Below, piece after piece: positions 12,630 through 25,000 of a stretch of DNA of 64,000 bases. This stretch comes from Saprolegnia diclina VS20. Its lineage: Eukaryota. The stretch covers positions 268,737 through 332,736 of the forward strand of contig NW_008246089.1 in the NCBI RefSeq assembly GCF_000281045.1, read 5' to 3'. Under the pieces are notes generated by a model. That model searched no databases, had not been told where the DNA came from, and worked only from the letters and a program-made list of their open reading frames with translations. Numbering within the stretch: the first letter of the stretch is position 1; each line of letters starts with the position of its first letter. A program made the translations under genes and the position numbers.

Positions 12630-13412
12630 ATGGCGTCCAAGGCCCGGCAGCCAAAGCCGCCCACGACCAAGGCCACGCCAAGTGCCAACAAGTTTAACTC
12701 GAACATGGGTCGCAACACGAAGCTCCCAGCGATCGATGCGAGTGCAGTTAGCTCTACAAGTACGCCTTCCATCGACGCCATCGATACCGTCGTTGCACCA
12801 GAGAGGTTACCGCCCCTCGACGCACCACGCAGTGTCTCTATACTTGTTGAGACGGCCGTGGACGTGGCTACTCTTGCCTTGGAAACTGGGCCAGACAATA
12901 TCACGGCCCTCGCGCAAAGCCGGGTCGTCGAAACGGGCGATGTGATTTTGGTCTACGAGCTGTACAGTGAGCCCTTTCCGATCGTGGACGGGGCCATTGC
13001 CACGAGCGCCATTGACGACGCGTACGCGCTTTCGTTTGTGATGCCGGGTTGCCACATCCACCTCTCCGTGTTTGCGCCTGCGGAGAAACGAGAACGCGAT
13101 ACCCAAGGCGCCGCCGTGTACTTGCCCGAGACGGCCCCCGGCAAGATCGGCGCCCTCTCGGCCAACGCAACGTACTATGTCTACGTGACCGAAGACGCAG
13201 CGACGCTCCACGTGGCCGCATCATCAACCACAGCGCAACGCGCGTCCATCCACGATCTGGCGAAGGGCGACGGGCGCGGCTTTGATTCGTGTACGTGCAG
13301 TGAGGGCACGCCATGCGTCGACGAAGGCGGCTGCCGCAACTGGCGTAGCCGCTATGCGATCGCGACGGAAAATGGGTGGAAGGGATTTGGCTTGGAAGGG
13401 AGCTTGGAGTAG
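12630..13412 (+). CDS. Hypothetical protein with C-terminal Cys-rich motif
   Basis: 260-aa ORF with typical codon usage, ending CTCSEGTPCVDEGGCRNWRSRYAIATENGWKG. Confidence 0.75.
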   Translation: MASKARQPKPPTTKATPSANKFNSNMGRNTKLPAIDASAVSSTSTPSIDAIDTVVAPERLPPLDAPRSVSILVETAVDVATLALETGPDNITALAQSRVVETGDVILVYELYSEPFPIVDGAIATSAIDDAYALSFVMPGCHIHLSVFAPAEKRERDTQGAAVYLPETAPGKIGALSANATYYVYVTEDAATLHVAASSTTAQRASIHDLAKGDGRGFDSCTCSEGTPCVDEGGCRNWRSRYAIATENGWKGFGLEGSLE

Positions 13413-13458
13413 TAAAATTAACTGAATTATGGTTCTAATAACACTATCTATTCCTGCG

Positions 13459-14127
13459 CTACGCAAGGGCTGGGCACAGAATACGGCACAAGCCGGTGTG
13501 CATGCGCTGCAGTCGGGATGGACGACCGGGCTTTGCCGAGTGAGGAGCGGGCACGTAGACCGAGTGCACCGAGTAGAGGTCTCGTGTCGGACACGTCGCT
13601 TCGGCAATGGCCTCGTGCCAGTTGAGCAGCGAGGCCTCGAGGTGGGCGACCACATCGACATGGCCAAAGTCAGCCGCGTACGCAAGCGCCTTGCGTAGCG
13701 TGCGCGGTGAGACGCGCGGCGCGAGCTCCTCGACGATCTCCAAGTGGCCGGCCGCCGCACCGTAGACAATGCTGTCGCAGACGCCGTCATAGTGCAAAAT
13801 AGCTGTGCGACGACCGAGCATGTACTGCAGCATGGCGACGTTGCCTTCGGCTGCAGCCGCTTTGACCAAGCTTGTCGTGTGGCAGGGCACGTTGTAGCGC
13901 TCGACAAGGATCTGCAGCACGTCGAGCCGGTCGGCGTCAATCGCACGCTCGACGTCGGCCACGGACGGTACGACCTCGGGCTTCTCGAGCAGCATGTGCT
14001 CGTGGCCCGCGGCCAGCATCTCAAAAGCGTTGTCCCAGTCGCGAAAGGCCTTGCCGGGAAGAAAGGTCGCAATCGAGAGGAGGAGCTCAGGAGTGCCAAG
14101 CACGAACTGCGCGTTGCTGTGCACCAT
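13459..14127 (-). CDS. Ankyrin-repeat protein
   Basis: AAAEGNVAMLQYM, AAAGHLEIVEEL and AADFGHVDVVAHL repeats; N-terminal VLGTPELLLSIATF segment. Confidence 0.8.
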   Translation of the reverse strand: MVHSNAQFVLGTPELLLSIATFLPGKAFRDWDNAFEMLAAGHEHMLLEKPEVVPSVADVERAIDADRLDVLQILVERYNVPCHTTSLVKAAAAEGNVAMLQYMLGRRTAILHYDGVCDSIVYGAAAGHLEIVEELAPRVSPRTLRKALAYAADFGHVDVVAHLEASLLNWHEAIAEATCPTRDLYSVHSVYVPAPHSAKPGRPSRLQRMHTGLCRILCPALA

Positions 14128-14890
14128 AGATGCTGTTGCCGACTGAGGCCTTGCAGAGAGCGCTACAACACGAGACGGTCGCCTTTTCCTCTGCCACGTC
14201 GATGACGTGGCTGCACGGTCTCGCGATACGAAGCAGACGGTCGAATGGTTCATCGAATCACACGTCGATTGCTTAATTGAAACCCAGGCATGAGCAGCCA
14301 TGAGACCTTTGAATCAAACGTCTCATGTCTGGATCCATGTATTGTGGCCAAGTGCAATCAAAAGTGCAATATGGATTCCTCCAGCATGGTCAGCATTCGA
14401 GATCTAACTCATTCGTATACATACCGTACTAGTGCAGAGAGCGATAGCGTATTACATGCTGGTTTAGAAATGCCACGAATAGGCTTCCATGTATCGGTCA
14501 TAGCTATCTGCTATCGGTCATAGCACGGATAGTATCGTGCCGCATAAGCTGCACAACATTTGAATGTGCAAATCAGAAATCAGATCTGTGTGGTATCCGG
14601 ATATCAGGTAGCTTCAGAGGTACCGCATTGGGTCGTTCAAAGCTTCCGGACGGGATGCAACCAGCCGTAGCTTCCGTCTTGCTTACTACCAAGTCGCAGT
14701 CGCCAGAGACCCTGTAACAAGCAGCTTGTGAGCGCGCCAACAGTGCAGAATTACACCACTGGCTTCATGCGAACAGCGTTCGATGCCCAAGGATCCAGCG
14801 CTGCACGGAACGAATTCGAAGTTCGAAGCATAATACGGCACGTGATTGGTGGCAACTCGAAGCAATTAGCTGCACACACTCGGAAAGGGC

Positions 14891-16426
14891 ATGGCGAGCG
14901 TCCTCGCGTCGACATGCGCCCAGCGGACGGCGCTCTTCGCCAAGTCGCTTGACGCGCTCCCTTCGTACAGCGTCTGCTCGATCGTCAAGAAGCTTGGTGA
15001 CAACAAGTTTGACTCGAAAGCGCTCCAGAGCAACGACTGCAAGAAGCCGGCGTGCGTGAACGTGCTCGAGTCGTTCAAGACGACGTTTGTCGGCTGCATG
15101 CTCACCGACATTGCCGACGTGGCGTCCGTCGACATGGCGCGCCTGGCGAGCTACTGCGCCAGTATTGACGCATCCTATGCGCCAGGCGCGGCGTCGCCCC
15201 AGCCGCTTCCAGCCGCGCCGCCGCAGGACGCGGCCGTCGACAGTCCCGTGCGCGGCGGCCTCAGTACACCGATCATCATTGCCATCACGTGCGTCGTCAT
15301 TGCTGCGATCGTCGTCGCCGGCTACGTCTATTTACGCCTGAAGCGCGGCGCGGCCTCGGCGACCTTGTACACGTCGCCACCGCCGATGCAGACGAGCAAC
15401 GATCCGTATGCGTCCGTCATGAAGCATGGAAACGCCGGGTCCCAGTCCAACACGCGCACGAGCGAGAGCAGTGCGTCGAATCTTGGCGCCGATGCCTCCA
15501 CGTTAGACTTGTGCGACCTCGATTTGTATCGCATCTCGCCGCGGGACGTGACGTTGGACAAGTCGCTCGCGCAAGGAGCGTACGGTGAAGTGTGGCTCGG
15601 CACGCTCGATGGACACACGGTGGCGGTCAAGAAGCTTTTGAACCACCGGCGAACCCGGGACGAGCTGCAAAAGTTCATATACGAGATCGCGCTCGTTGCC
15701 AAGTACGTAGTCCTTTCGAACTGTATCCACGTCTTGCTGACCATATACGGTACACATAGGATGGAGTCGCGCTACGTCGTCCAGTTTATCGGCGTCGCGT
15801 GGACGCGCCCGAGCGATATGATGCTCGTGACCGAATACATGGACGCTGGGGACCTCCGCAACCTCCTCCAAGTGACGGCGTCGACCAAGTCGTTTACATG
15901 GACCAAGAAGGTCCACGTCGCCCACCAGATCGCGGAAGGGCTTGTGTATTTGCACATGCTCGAGCCAAAAGTCATCCACCGCGATCTGAAATCGCGCAAC
16001 GTCCTCCTCAACGCCAAGATGGATGCGAAGCTGACCGACTTTGGCGTCTCGCGCGAGACGGACGACGCGACCATGACTGCTGGCATTGGCACGTACCGCT
16101 GGATGGCGCCCGAGGTGCTCCAAGACGGCCACTACACCGAGTCGGCGGACGTGTTTTCGTTTGGAGTGATCCTCGCCGAGCTCAGCAACGAGATCGTGCC
16201 GTACTCGGACTTGCGAAATGCGAACGGCAACCCGTACACGGACACGGCGATCATGGCCAAGGTCATGGTGGGCGAGCTCCAACCCACGTTTGCCCCCGAC
16301 TGCCCTCCTTGGTTTCGCGACTTGGGACTGCAGTGCATGAGCCGCCACCACGCTGATCGGCCGACCGCCATGGAAGCCTCGTTCAAAATACAGACCGAAC
16401 TCCGGCTACTCAAGGCGTCCTCATAG
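14891..16426 (+). CDS. Receptor-like TKL protein kinase: Cys-rich ectodomain, single TM, kinase domain; intron 15703-15759
   Basis: TM segment IIIAITCVVIAAIVVAGYVYL. Kinase motifs GAYGEV, VAVK, HRDLKSRN, DFG, GTYRWMAPE and DVFSFG. Confidence 0.93.
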   Translation: MASVLASTCAQRTALFAKSLDALPSYSVCSIVKKLGDNKFDSKALQSNDCKKPACVNVLESFKTTFVGCMLTDIADVASVDMARLASYCASIDASYAPGAASPQPLPAAPPQDAAVDSPVRGGLSTPIIIAITCVVIAAIVVAGYVYLRLKRGAASATLYTSPPPMQTSNDPYASVMKHGNAGSQSNTRTSESSASNLGADASTLDLCDLDLYRISPRDVTLDKSLAQGAYGEVWLGTLDGHTVAVKKLLNHRRTRDELQKFIYEIALVAKYVVLSNCIHVLLTIYGTHRMESRYVVQFIGVAWTRPSDMMLVTEYMDAGDLRNLLQVTASTKSFTWTKKVHVAHQIAEGLVYLHMLEPKVIHRDLKSRNVLLNAKMDAKLTDFGVSRETDDATMTAGIGTYRWMAPEVLQDGHYTESADVFSFGVILAELSNEIVPYSDLRNANGNPYTDTAIMAKVMVGELQPTFAPDCPPWFRDLGLQCMSRHHADRPTAMEASFKIQTELRLLKASS

Positions 16427-17215
16427 TGTTGATGCGTAATACAATGGCGTTTGGTGTTTATGTCTGTTCGCATCAGTGATGTCATTTCACGGGTGAGATC
16501 ATTCTGTGAGGACCAGTAAACAGGCCAACCCATCGGACGGAATGCACTCATGGCCGTCATTAGTCAGCGACCGAGCGGTGGAGGCGGTTAAGGCTCCAAC
16601 GTGCTCAATCTCAATCGGTACAGCGATGCACCAGTACATACCAACACGTCTCTCAAGCGCGAGACGTCGCACCTCGACCTGTGAAGATTAAACGCCGCGT
16701 TCAGAACCACCGCGCACACAATTCGACTCTACGCCAAGGCGCTTCGACTTCGACGCGCAAGAATCGTCGGGCTTCTCTCCGTCTCGACTACGTGCACAAT
16801 AATCCACTCAATGAATAGGTTTGCACACTGATTGGGTCTGTTGTAAACGTCGGTTAAATCGGTGGGTAAACTCGCTACTAGTTAGTACATCACTGTGCGT
16901 CGATGGTGGTTTAACTCTGATTTTTGCCACATTGACCCAACGCCACTCTCATCCAATAACGGTATCACACTAGGATGTACGTTCACCGCACAGCCAACTC
17001 TGTCGTCCATTCGGCCCTGCATTCGGCCTGAGCAGCTGCGACGTGATCGCGACCGCACGCAGTGTACATGCATCCACCACAGCTATATCCACCACGACCC
17101 CACGACCGCTGGAACTCAGATGCGAAAGGCAGGTGTAAACCTGCATTCCGGACTGACAGACATGCATTCTGTGTGCCTGTCTCGGGAAGTGAGTGACGTC
17201 ATTTACCGATTGAAG

Positions 17216-18963
17216 ATGTGGACATCGTTTGGCGTTGCCGTCGTCGAGCTCGTGCTCAGCTACCTCCAGCTCATGCCGTCGGGCACGCCGGATTGGGTCT
17301 TGCTTGCCGCCCAGTCGTCGCTCCGGTCGCCTGCCGCCCCTACTGTCGCCAGCACCGGAGGCGCCTTGCCCCAAAATACTGCTGTTGGCAGCGGACCCTT
17401 CCACTGGACCTTGTGCCCCGACCACGCTGACGACGCCCGGTACCAGTGCGGCTACCTGACTGTGCCGCTCGACCACTTGGATCCGACCAACAATGCGACC
17501 CTCGACATTGCCGTTCAAAAGTACATTTCGAACGCGACGGTGCCATTGGGGACGATCCTCCTCAACCCCGGCGGTCCCGGCGGTCCTGGCACAAGTATGG
17601 CAACGCCTGCCACCGCCATTATGACGGGCGGTCAGTACGACGTCCTCGGCTTTGACCCGCGCGGTATTGGCAAGTCGCGCCCGATTCAATGCTCCAAGAA
17701 CCGCTTCACGGCAGCCATCGAAGGTGCAGTACTCGACACCGTTGACCTGGACGGCACCTCTGAGTCTGCGATCGACGCCTACGTCTCCAACTATGCACTG
17801 CCGATTGCACGTTGCCAGCTCTACGACGGCGACTACCTCCCGTACCTCTCGACGGCGTTTGTCGCTCGGGACATGGACCTTATCCGCGCTGCGCTCGGCC
17901 AAGACCTCATGCATTACTACGGCATTTCGTATGGCACGTACGTACCCAACGTCGGCTTGCGGCTTGGCGATGCTCATCGGTTCCTAGGTTCCTTGGGGCG
18001 ACGTACGTCAGCATGTTTCCCGACCGCGTCGGCCGCGTCGTGATCGACTCGGTCTTGGACCCGGAAGTGTACACTGGTCCCGTCACAAATCTGCTGTTGC
18101 GTTCGTATAAGGACAATGACGCATGCTTTACGGCGTTCACCGAACAGTGCGAGGCCGCGGGCCCCCTGCATTGCCCGCTCGCGGACGCCAACGCGACGCG
18201 CCCGTACCTAATGAAGCGCCTCCAGGCCTTTCTGACAGCAGTTGAGACCAAGCCGCTGCTTGTCAAGGGCGGCGACGACCTTGTGCGCGTGACAGCGACG
18301 GAGATTCGTCAAACCATCTTTGGCTCTATGTACACTCCGCATGATGCGTGGCCGCCGCTGGCGGCGACCCTCCACGCGATGCTCAATGGAACATACGAGG
18401 CTCCCAGCACCAACTCGAGCTGCGCGACTTTGGACGCAGACCGCGATGTTCACATGGCCTCGATCGCGTACATTGGCAATGACGGTGCGTCGTCCAAGGG
18501 CCTCAACTTGTCTGCGGCCGTCCAGGCAGCGCAGAAGCTCGCACCACTCTCGGGCCTCGTGGGCTTTGTCAACTTGGTGGCTGCGAAAGCATGGACGACC
18601 CGCCCCGTCGAGCGCTTCACGGGGCCATGGACGCACACGTTGGCCAACAAGGTGCTGGTCTTGACCAACCAAGTGGATCCCGCAACGCCGATGGTGGGCG
18701 CGCAAAACGTCCACCGGCTCTTGGGGACCGACAACGCGGTGCTCGTGACACGCGAGGGGTATGGCCACGGCGCGCTCTTCAGTCAGCCTAGCACCTGCGT
18801 CCACAAGCTCGTCGCGGCGTACTACTCGAACGGGACGCTGCCGTCGACGACGTTTTGCAAGATTGACGCGACGCCGTTCGGCCCATCGTCCCCTCTTTCG
18901 GATGCAATGCAAGCCATGATGACGCTGTCGACGAGCATCACCAAGCCGACGCGGATGTACTAA
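17216..18963 (+). CDS. TAP-like alpha/beta-hydrolase serine peptidase (family S33), paralog 1; intron 17938-17987
   Basis: CGYLTVPLD, NPGGPGG, GFDPRGIG, nucleophile GISYG, Asp in NQVDP and His in GYGHG; hydrophobic N-terminus. Confidence 0.92.
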
Positions 18964-19741
18964 CTCGCATAAAGCGTACGCACCATTGCGCGCTGGACGC
19001 GATATGTCGAATAATATCAAGTTGATACAATGGACATGGGATGCGGGATTTGCTTATTGACTTGTGGAAATGGAGCGGCGCGCAGAGGAAACTTAGAGTA
19101 AAAGGTGCTACACTTGTTGAGCTCGAGCGAGTTGATCTGGTAGCGCTAGTACGTGTCGCCAAATGGCTACTCGGTCGTTTGGACGCTGACGACATCGAGA
19201 ACACAACGTACTTTTGCGGCCACAGCTCAGAGCGCATCAAAATTTGTTGCACAGTGGGCTCTTCCTCGTCGTTGCGTGGTTTCAGACACTGCAGTTGCCC
19301 AGTTTCAAGACGTGTGCGATTGCGTCGATTTTGTCTGGTGCGGGCGCGACGACGTGCCCAGAGCTCGTGATCAGTAACTATAGAGTGTTTACCCGCTCTG
19401 CGCATCTAACGTGATTCCATCTGGTATTTGGTTATCAGAAATAACGCGGCCAGACTCACGGAAGACGGGATGTCTGGCCGTGCTTGGAGGCCGTGACCAA
19501 GCTCACAATTTCAGTGACGTCGACAATACTTTGCTGAGCGCCGAGATGCACCGCGAGTCGTTGGGTGGACTCACCACTACGCCGTTATGCTGAGCAGGGA
19601 GGGGGTTAGAAAGCGTCGCCACGTTCTTGAACACTGTTTTGATTGGCTCCAAAGCGAAATGACGTGCATTCCGCACCTACAATCTGCCGCGTCAACGCCC
19701 GCCTTGTAGGTGATAGCAGTCAGTAGGCAATTCCATTCGTC

Positions 19742-21578
19742 ATGGTCGCGCTGTCATCTCTCGCCGTCGCATGGACACAGCTTCTGAGCAACTACGCGCA
19801 GCTCTTGCCGTCAAGCGCCGCCGACTGGGCGCTCTTGGCCTACAACGTCNNNNNNNNNNNNNNNNNNNNNNNNNNNNNNNNNNNNNNNNNNNNNNNNNNN
19901 NNNNNNNNNNNNNNNNNNNNNNNNNNNNNNNNNNNNNNNNNNNNNNNNNNNNNNNNNNNNNNNNNNNNNNNNNNNNNNNNNNNNNNNNNNNNNNNNNNNN
20001 NNNNNNNNNNNNNNNNNNNNNNNNNNNNNNNNNNNNNNNNNNNNNNNNNNNNNNNNNNNNNNNNNNNNNNNNNNNNNNNNNNNNNNNNNNNNNNNNNNNN
20101 NNNNNNNNNNNNNNNNNNNNNNNNNNNNNNNNNNNNNNNNNNNNNNNNNNNNNNNNNNNNNNNNNNNNNNNNNNNNNNNNNNNNNNNNNNNNNNNNNNNN
20201 NNNNNNNNNNNNNNNNNNNNNNNNNNNNNNNNNNNNNNNNNNNNNNNNNNNNNNNNNNNNNNNNNNNNNNNNNNNNNNNNNNNNNNNNNNNNNNNNNNNN
20301 NNNNNNNNNNNNNNNNNNNNNNNNNNNNNNNNNNNNNNNNNNNNNNNNNNNNNNNNNNNNNNNNNNNNNNNNNNNNNNNNNNNNNNNNNNNNNNNNNNNN
20401 NNNNNNNNNNNNNNNNNNNNNNNNNNNNNNNNNNNNNNNCTCTACGATGGCGACTACCTCCCGTACCTCTCGACGGCGTTTGTCGCTCGGGACATGGACC
20501 TTATCCGCGCTGCGCTCGGCCAAGACCTCATGCACTACTACGGTGTCTCATATGGCTCGTACGTGCTCTTGATATCGCGACATTTGTGCTCATGTTTTGT
20601 ACGTCTAGGTTTCTCGGCATCACGTACGCCAACATGTTTCCAAGCCGCGTCGGTCGCTTCGTCATTGACGCTGTGCTCGACCCGGAGCTGTACACGGGTC
20701 CCGCGCCCGGTCTCATGGCCGGCTCCTTTCGCGACACGGACAAGATCTTTGCGGGGTTTGCGGCCGACTGCGAGGCCGCTGGTCCGCGTCTCTGTGCGCT
20801 CGCCGACAGCAACTCACCGCGGCCGTACCTCCTGTCGCGCTTGCAAGCCTTCTTGGCCAACGTGACGGCATCACCGCTTTTGGTGCCCGGCGGCGACGAC
20901 GTGGTGCGGCTCACCGACACGGCTGTGCGCAATCTCATTGTGCCACACCTCTACTCGGCCATGCGCTGGCCGCAGCTCGCGCTCGAGTTCAAAGCGTTGA
21001 TGGACGGCACGTACGCGGCCCCTCCGAAAAATGCCTCGTGCGACGACTTGGATGCGGATGTCGGCGTGGGCATGGCGTACCAAGCCTACATTGGCAACGA
21101 CGGCGATTTCGACGCCAACGCCAACGCCAACTGGACGAGTGCGCTGCGAGCTGTGCAGAACGCGACGCGGGTGCTCTTTGACCCCGAGATGAACAACATC
21201 ATGGCCGTCAAATTTTGGAAGACGCGGGCGGTCGAACGCTACGATGGTCCGTGGGGCCGAGCGTACGCCAACAAGGTCGTCATCCTCAACAACGAGCTCG
21301 ACCCGGTGTGCCCGCTCCACTCGGCCCAGCACGTCCGCGACCTCATGGGTCCTACACACTCGGTGCTCGTCACGCGCGACGGGTACGGCCATGGCGCGGC
21401 CGTGAGCCAGCCCAGCGCCTGTTTGCACAACCTTCTCATCGACCTCTACTCGCACGGCGCGTACCCTACGAATGACACGCGTTGCGGTGTGGACCACGGG
21501 CCGTTCGATGCACCGACGCTGCCAACGACGATGCTTGATGCCATGATGCGCCTTGCGACCATGCGGATCAAAAAGTAA
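19742..21578 (+). CDS. TAP-like S33 peptidase, tandem paralog 2 (interrupted by an assembly gap)
   Basis: GVSYG, DAVLDP, NELDP and RDGYGHG motifs; same intron position as paralog 1. Confidence 0.9.
19850..20439. other. Assembly gap (N run) inside peptidase paralog 2
   Basis: Run of N. Confidence 1.
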
Positions 21579-22065
21579 TTGTGTCTAGTGTCATACATGT
21601 CATCCCCGCTTCGTTTGAGTCGTTATGGGAGTGGTGAGGGTGAATAGGGTTTTTGCCCGAGATGGGGCAAGGGTAACGTTCTGGTGCCAAGAGATCGTCG
21701 GCTTTCAATGGACGTAATGGACACCATTCGGCGTGAGCATTTACAAGAGTGGCCGACCATCAAGGCCAAACGCAAGCGACGACTGACGAGCGACGAGAGC
21801 ATTCTGCGTCTTTGTACGAGATGTCGGTCGTTGGGGAAGCAGCTTTTCGATCCCGGTATCCTGCGGCCGTCTGTGCAAAATCTGTGTTTTGAGAGTCGCA
21901 GCGTGTTCTTTAACCAAAGAATTATTGAGCGTCGACGAGTACCCGACTCCAATAACAACGATCAACAAACGAGCTTCGCTTGTGCAAGCAGGTTTGTACC
22001 GCTAGAAACCAATTTAGTGGAAAACACCGTTTCAACCGGTTTCACCGCAAAGCCAGGCGACAGAA

Positions 22066-25000
22066 TGGCAACCAGAGTCTGCCCGAGCGACGCAAGTGGG
22101 CTGCTCCCACGAGCGTGGGATATCCCTGACGCCACCGCGCCGGTCCGCGCAGCATTCCTCAAGGACCTTGGTGGCATTGGCTATGTCCTCGCTGCCGTCG
22201 GTCTCGGCTGCTACGCGCTCGCGGCCATGTCTCCGTACCTTGCCAACGACTTCTTTTTTGCCCACTATGCCGAAGCGTCGACGGCGCTAACCAACACGAT
22301 CAACCTGCAGCTTTTGCTCACCCGTGCGTCGTCGCTCAACCTTTTGGCGGCGTCGTCCCGTCTCTCGACGCACGACGTTGTCGGCGTCAGCTACGCCTAC
22401 CCCCGTCTCCTCATGTACCAAGAGCTGACGACCCTCGAGAGTGCGGTCACTGGGCTACGCAACCTCGACACGGTTAATGTTGTCTACATGCTTGCGCAAT
22501 ACTGCTGGGTCGACTGGGAAAGGCGCTGGGCCATGGCATCCACGCACGCTCGACAAGTCCGGTGCCAGCATCGGTACGCATCGAACGGCGCCGTCTATCT
22601 CGAGTCGGTGCTGCGCAACATTGATTTCCAAGCGTGGAATGCGTCCACCCAAGGCTTGTTTACGCAGCGAATTGGGCACGGTGTCGCCGCGCTCGACGAC
22701 GGCCCCGCGTTTCTCACCTATCTGACGTCGCACCAGCTTCTTGACGTGCATGACGAAGTTCGCGTCTGGTCGAACGCGGGCCTCTCGTATTTTGCGCTGC
22801 AGTATGCCAACCAGTTCCAGATTGGGCTGCAAGAAGACATTCAGATTCAGAATGCACTGGGCTATAGTTGGCCGCAGCGCCTCAAGACCATTGCGAGCCT
22901 CCATCGTGGCACCCTCTGGACGTGTGACTACCTCTTTCCGTCGCTCCAGACCAACTTGAACGTCCCCGGCGGCAACCAAAGCCTCGTTCAGAACGCCAGC
23001 ACCTTCTTTGGCCTCGCCAACGCCAACTTAATGGAGAACAGCGCCGTCGCGTACCCGCTCCCACCGTCCTTTCAAGCCGTGCACAACCAAATCGGTCCCA
23101 TGGCCGCTATTGATCTACTCTGGGTACCGATCCCACCCGAACTTTACGCCACAATGCAGGTCTTTCGGTCTCTGGTACTGCCCTCGTTACGGCCCAACAC
23201 GGCGTTTGCGTCGGCACTGGATGCCATCGGCACGACAGAGCTTCACCCGACACCGCTGCAATGGCAAGACCCGAATCTCCTCTTCTACGGCGGCAACCCC
23301 ACGTGTGGCTTTGGCGTCGGCCTTCCGTTCGTGCAAGAGTCGTTCAGCTTTGACGACTCGTGTGGAACGCAAAAGGCGCTCACGTACTCGCTGTCGCCGA
23401 TCGCAGGTCTCTTTGCCTGGACGATGCTTGGTGACGTCAACGCCACCGCTTCCATCTGTGCGCTTCTGCCGATCGCCGAGGTGCATGGCTGTGCGCAAGC
23501 ACTGCGCACTGTCGAGGCTGCCGCATCACTTGTGCCGTCGCTCTCGGAGCTTGGATTCCCGACGTCGTCGCTTCCGCCACTGCAGCTCATGCAGTTTGTC
23601 GGTCGCAATACGTCGCCCGTAATTGAGACACAGCGCCTCCTCGAGGCTTCGTTTGCGTTGTTTGGCTGGCTGAGCGTTTACGAGTGGGTGATGCAGACGC
23701 GCGAGGTCGTCTCGATCGAAGGGGACGATGGACAATACGTACTCATGTCATCGGCGACGCCGCCGATGCCACTGTCGTCCTACGTCATCAGCTCCAGCTT
23801 TGGCATCTACTTTTGGTACTGCTCTGTGCTCGTGAGTCTCACGCTGCTCGGTCTGGCGATCTTTGTTATCAGTCTCTGGTTGTATCACCGGCCAAACCAC
23901 GCGCCTTGGTTCAAATTCCAGCGCATCACGAGCGCTACGTGGCTCAACCGGACGTTGCTGATCGTTCGCGGTCTCTCGGCGATCGTGTGCTTGGCGTCGG
24001 CCAGCGTGCAGTCCGTTACGACTGCAACGGGTCAGTGGTTCGAGGCCGCACCTCGATCGCTGTTCGAGTCTTGCGTCTTGGCCGGCGAGGCCACGTGGAT
24101 CACGTACGTCGTACACGAGGCGCTGCATCCTCTCACGGGCAATTTGACAGCTAAGTACGCACCCTGGAGCTCTGGGGCTGCGTGGTTCATGCTGGCGCTT
24201 CTCGACTTTGCAGCGCCCGTCGAGGTGGCTACGGCGCTCCATCGTGACTGCTTTTCAATCAACATGGACCAAATGCTCTACTGTGTCAGTGGCAGCATCC
24301 ACATTGGGTACGTCCAGCGCACGCTGGTGCAGATTGCGGTGCTTCTTGGCTCTATCGTCGTCACGTACAGCGTCGCTTTTGCCTACGCGTCGTATAGGAA
24401 TGTCGTCGTCGCCGACGCGCACAGTCCGTCGTTAGTGCTTTCGTCGGCCGCGACGGCCTTTCTGGACCACAATCAGACGCTGTACGGTCGCATTGCGTCG
24501 CTCAACATTGTGTCGGCGGCCATGTGCGGCATCTTGTCGATTCCTCGATGTGGTCTCTTTGACACCAAGCTCTGGCTGCCGTTGCCCGAAGACAGTTTTG
24601 TCATGGAGCGGCACCAAATACGCCTGGCGCACGTCGGCACGTCGCGCGTCCTGCCTGCTTGTAGCCCGACCAACTCGGATGCCGAGCATTTTGAGCCAAG
24701 CCGGCAGCGTGTGGCGAGGCTGGCGCTGCTAGGTGGCGTTGCGTATACGATCTTCAGCCTCACCTCCAACGTCGCCTTCCTCGCGGTGGCCCAAACCTTC
24801 TTGGCCAATGACTTCGGCTGGGCGGGCTTCAACAGCACCGGCATGCACGCCTTCTTGGCCAATGCCATCAACCAGCAGCTTCTCATCTCGACCAATATGA
24901 CACTCGACTTGAGCAGCCCCGCGCTGACCGACATTTCGCAGCTCTACAATGACTCGATGGCGTCGATTGCCTGGAGCGCTCACGCTCCCCGGCGTCAGCT

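Noticed and set aside
15703..15759. 19-aa insertion in the kinase domain shown in the ORF track
   Set aside because: It is a 57-nt stop-free GT-AG intron.
2814..16426. Pellino + LysM protein + receptor kinase as an innate-immunity gene cluster
   Set aside because: They are interspersed with unrelated genes, and proximity is weak evidence in a gene-dense eukaryote; reported separately instead.
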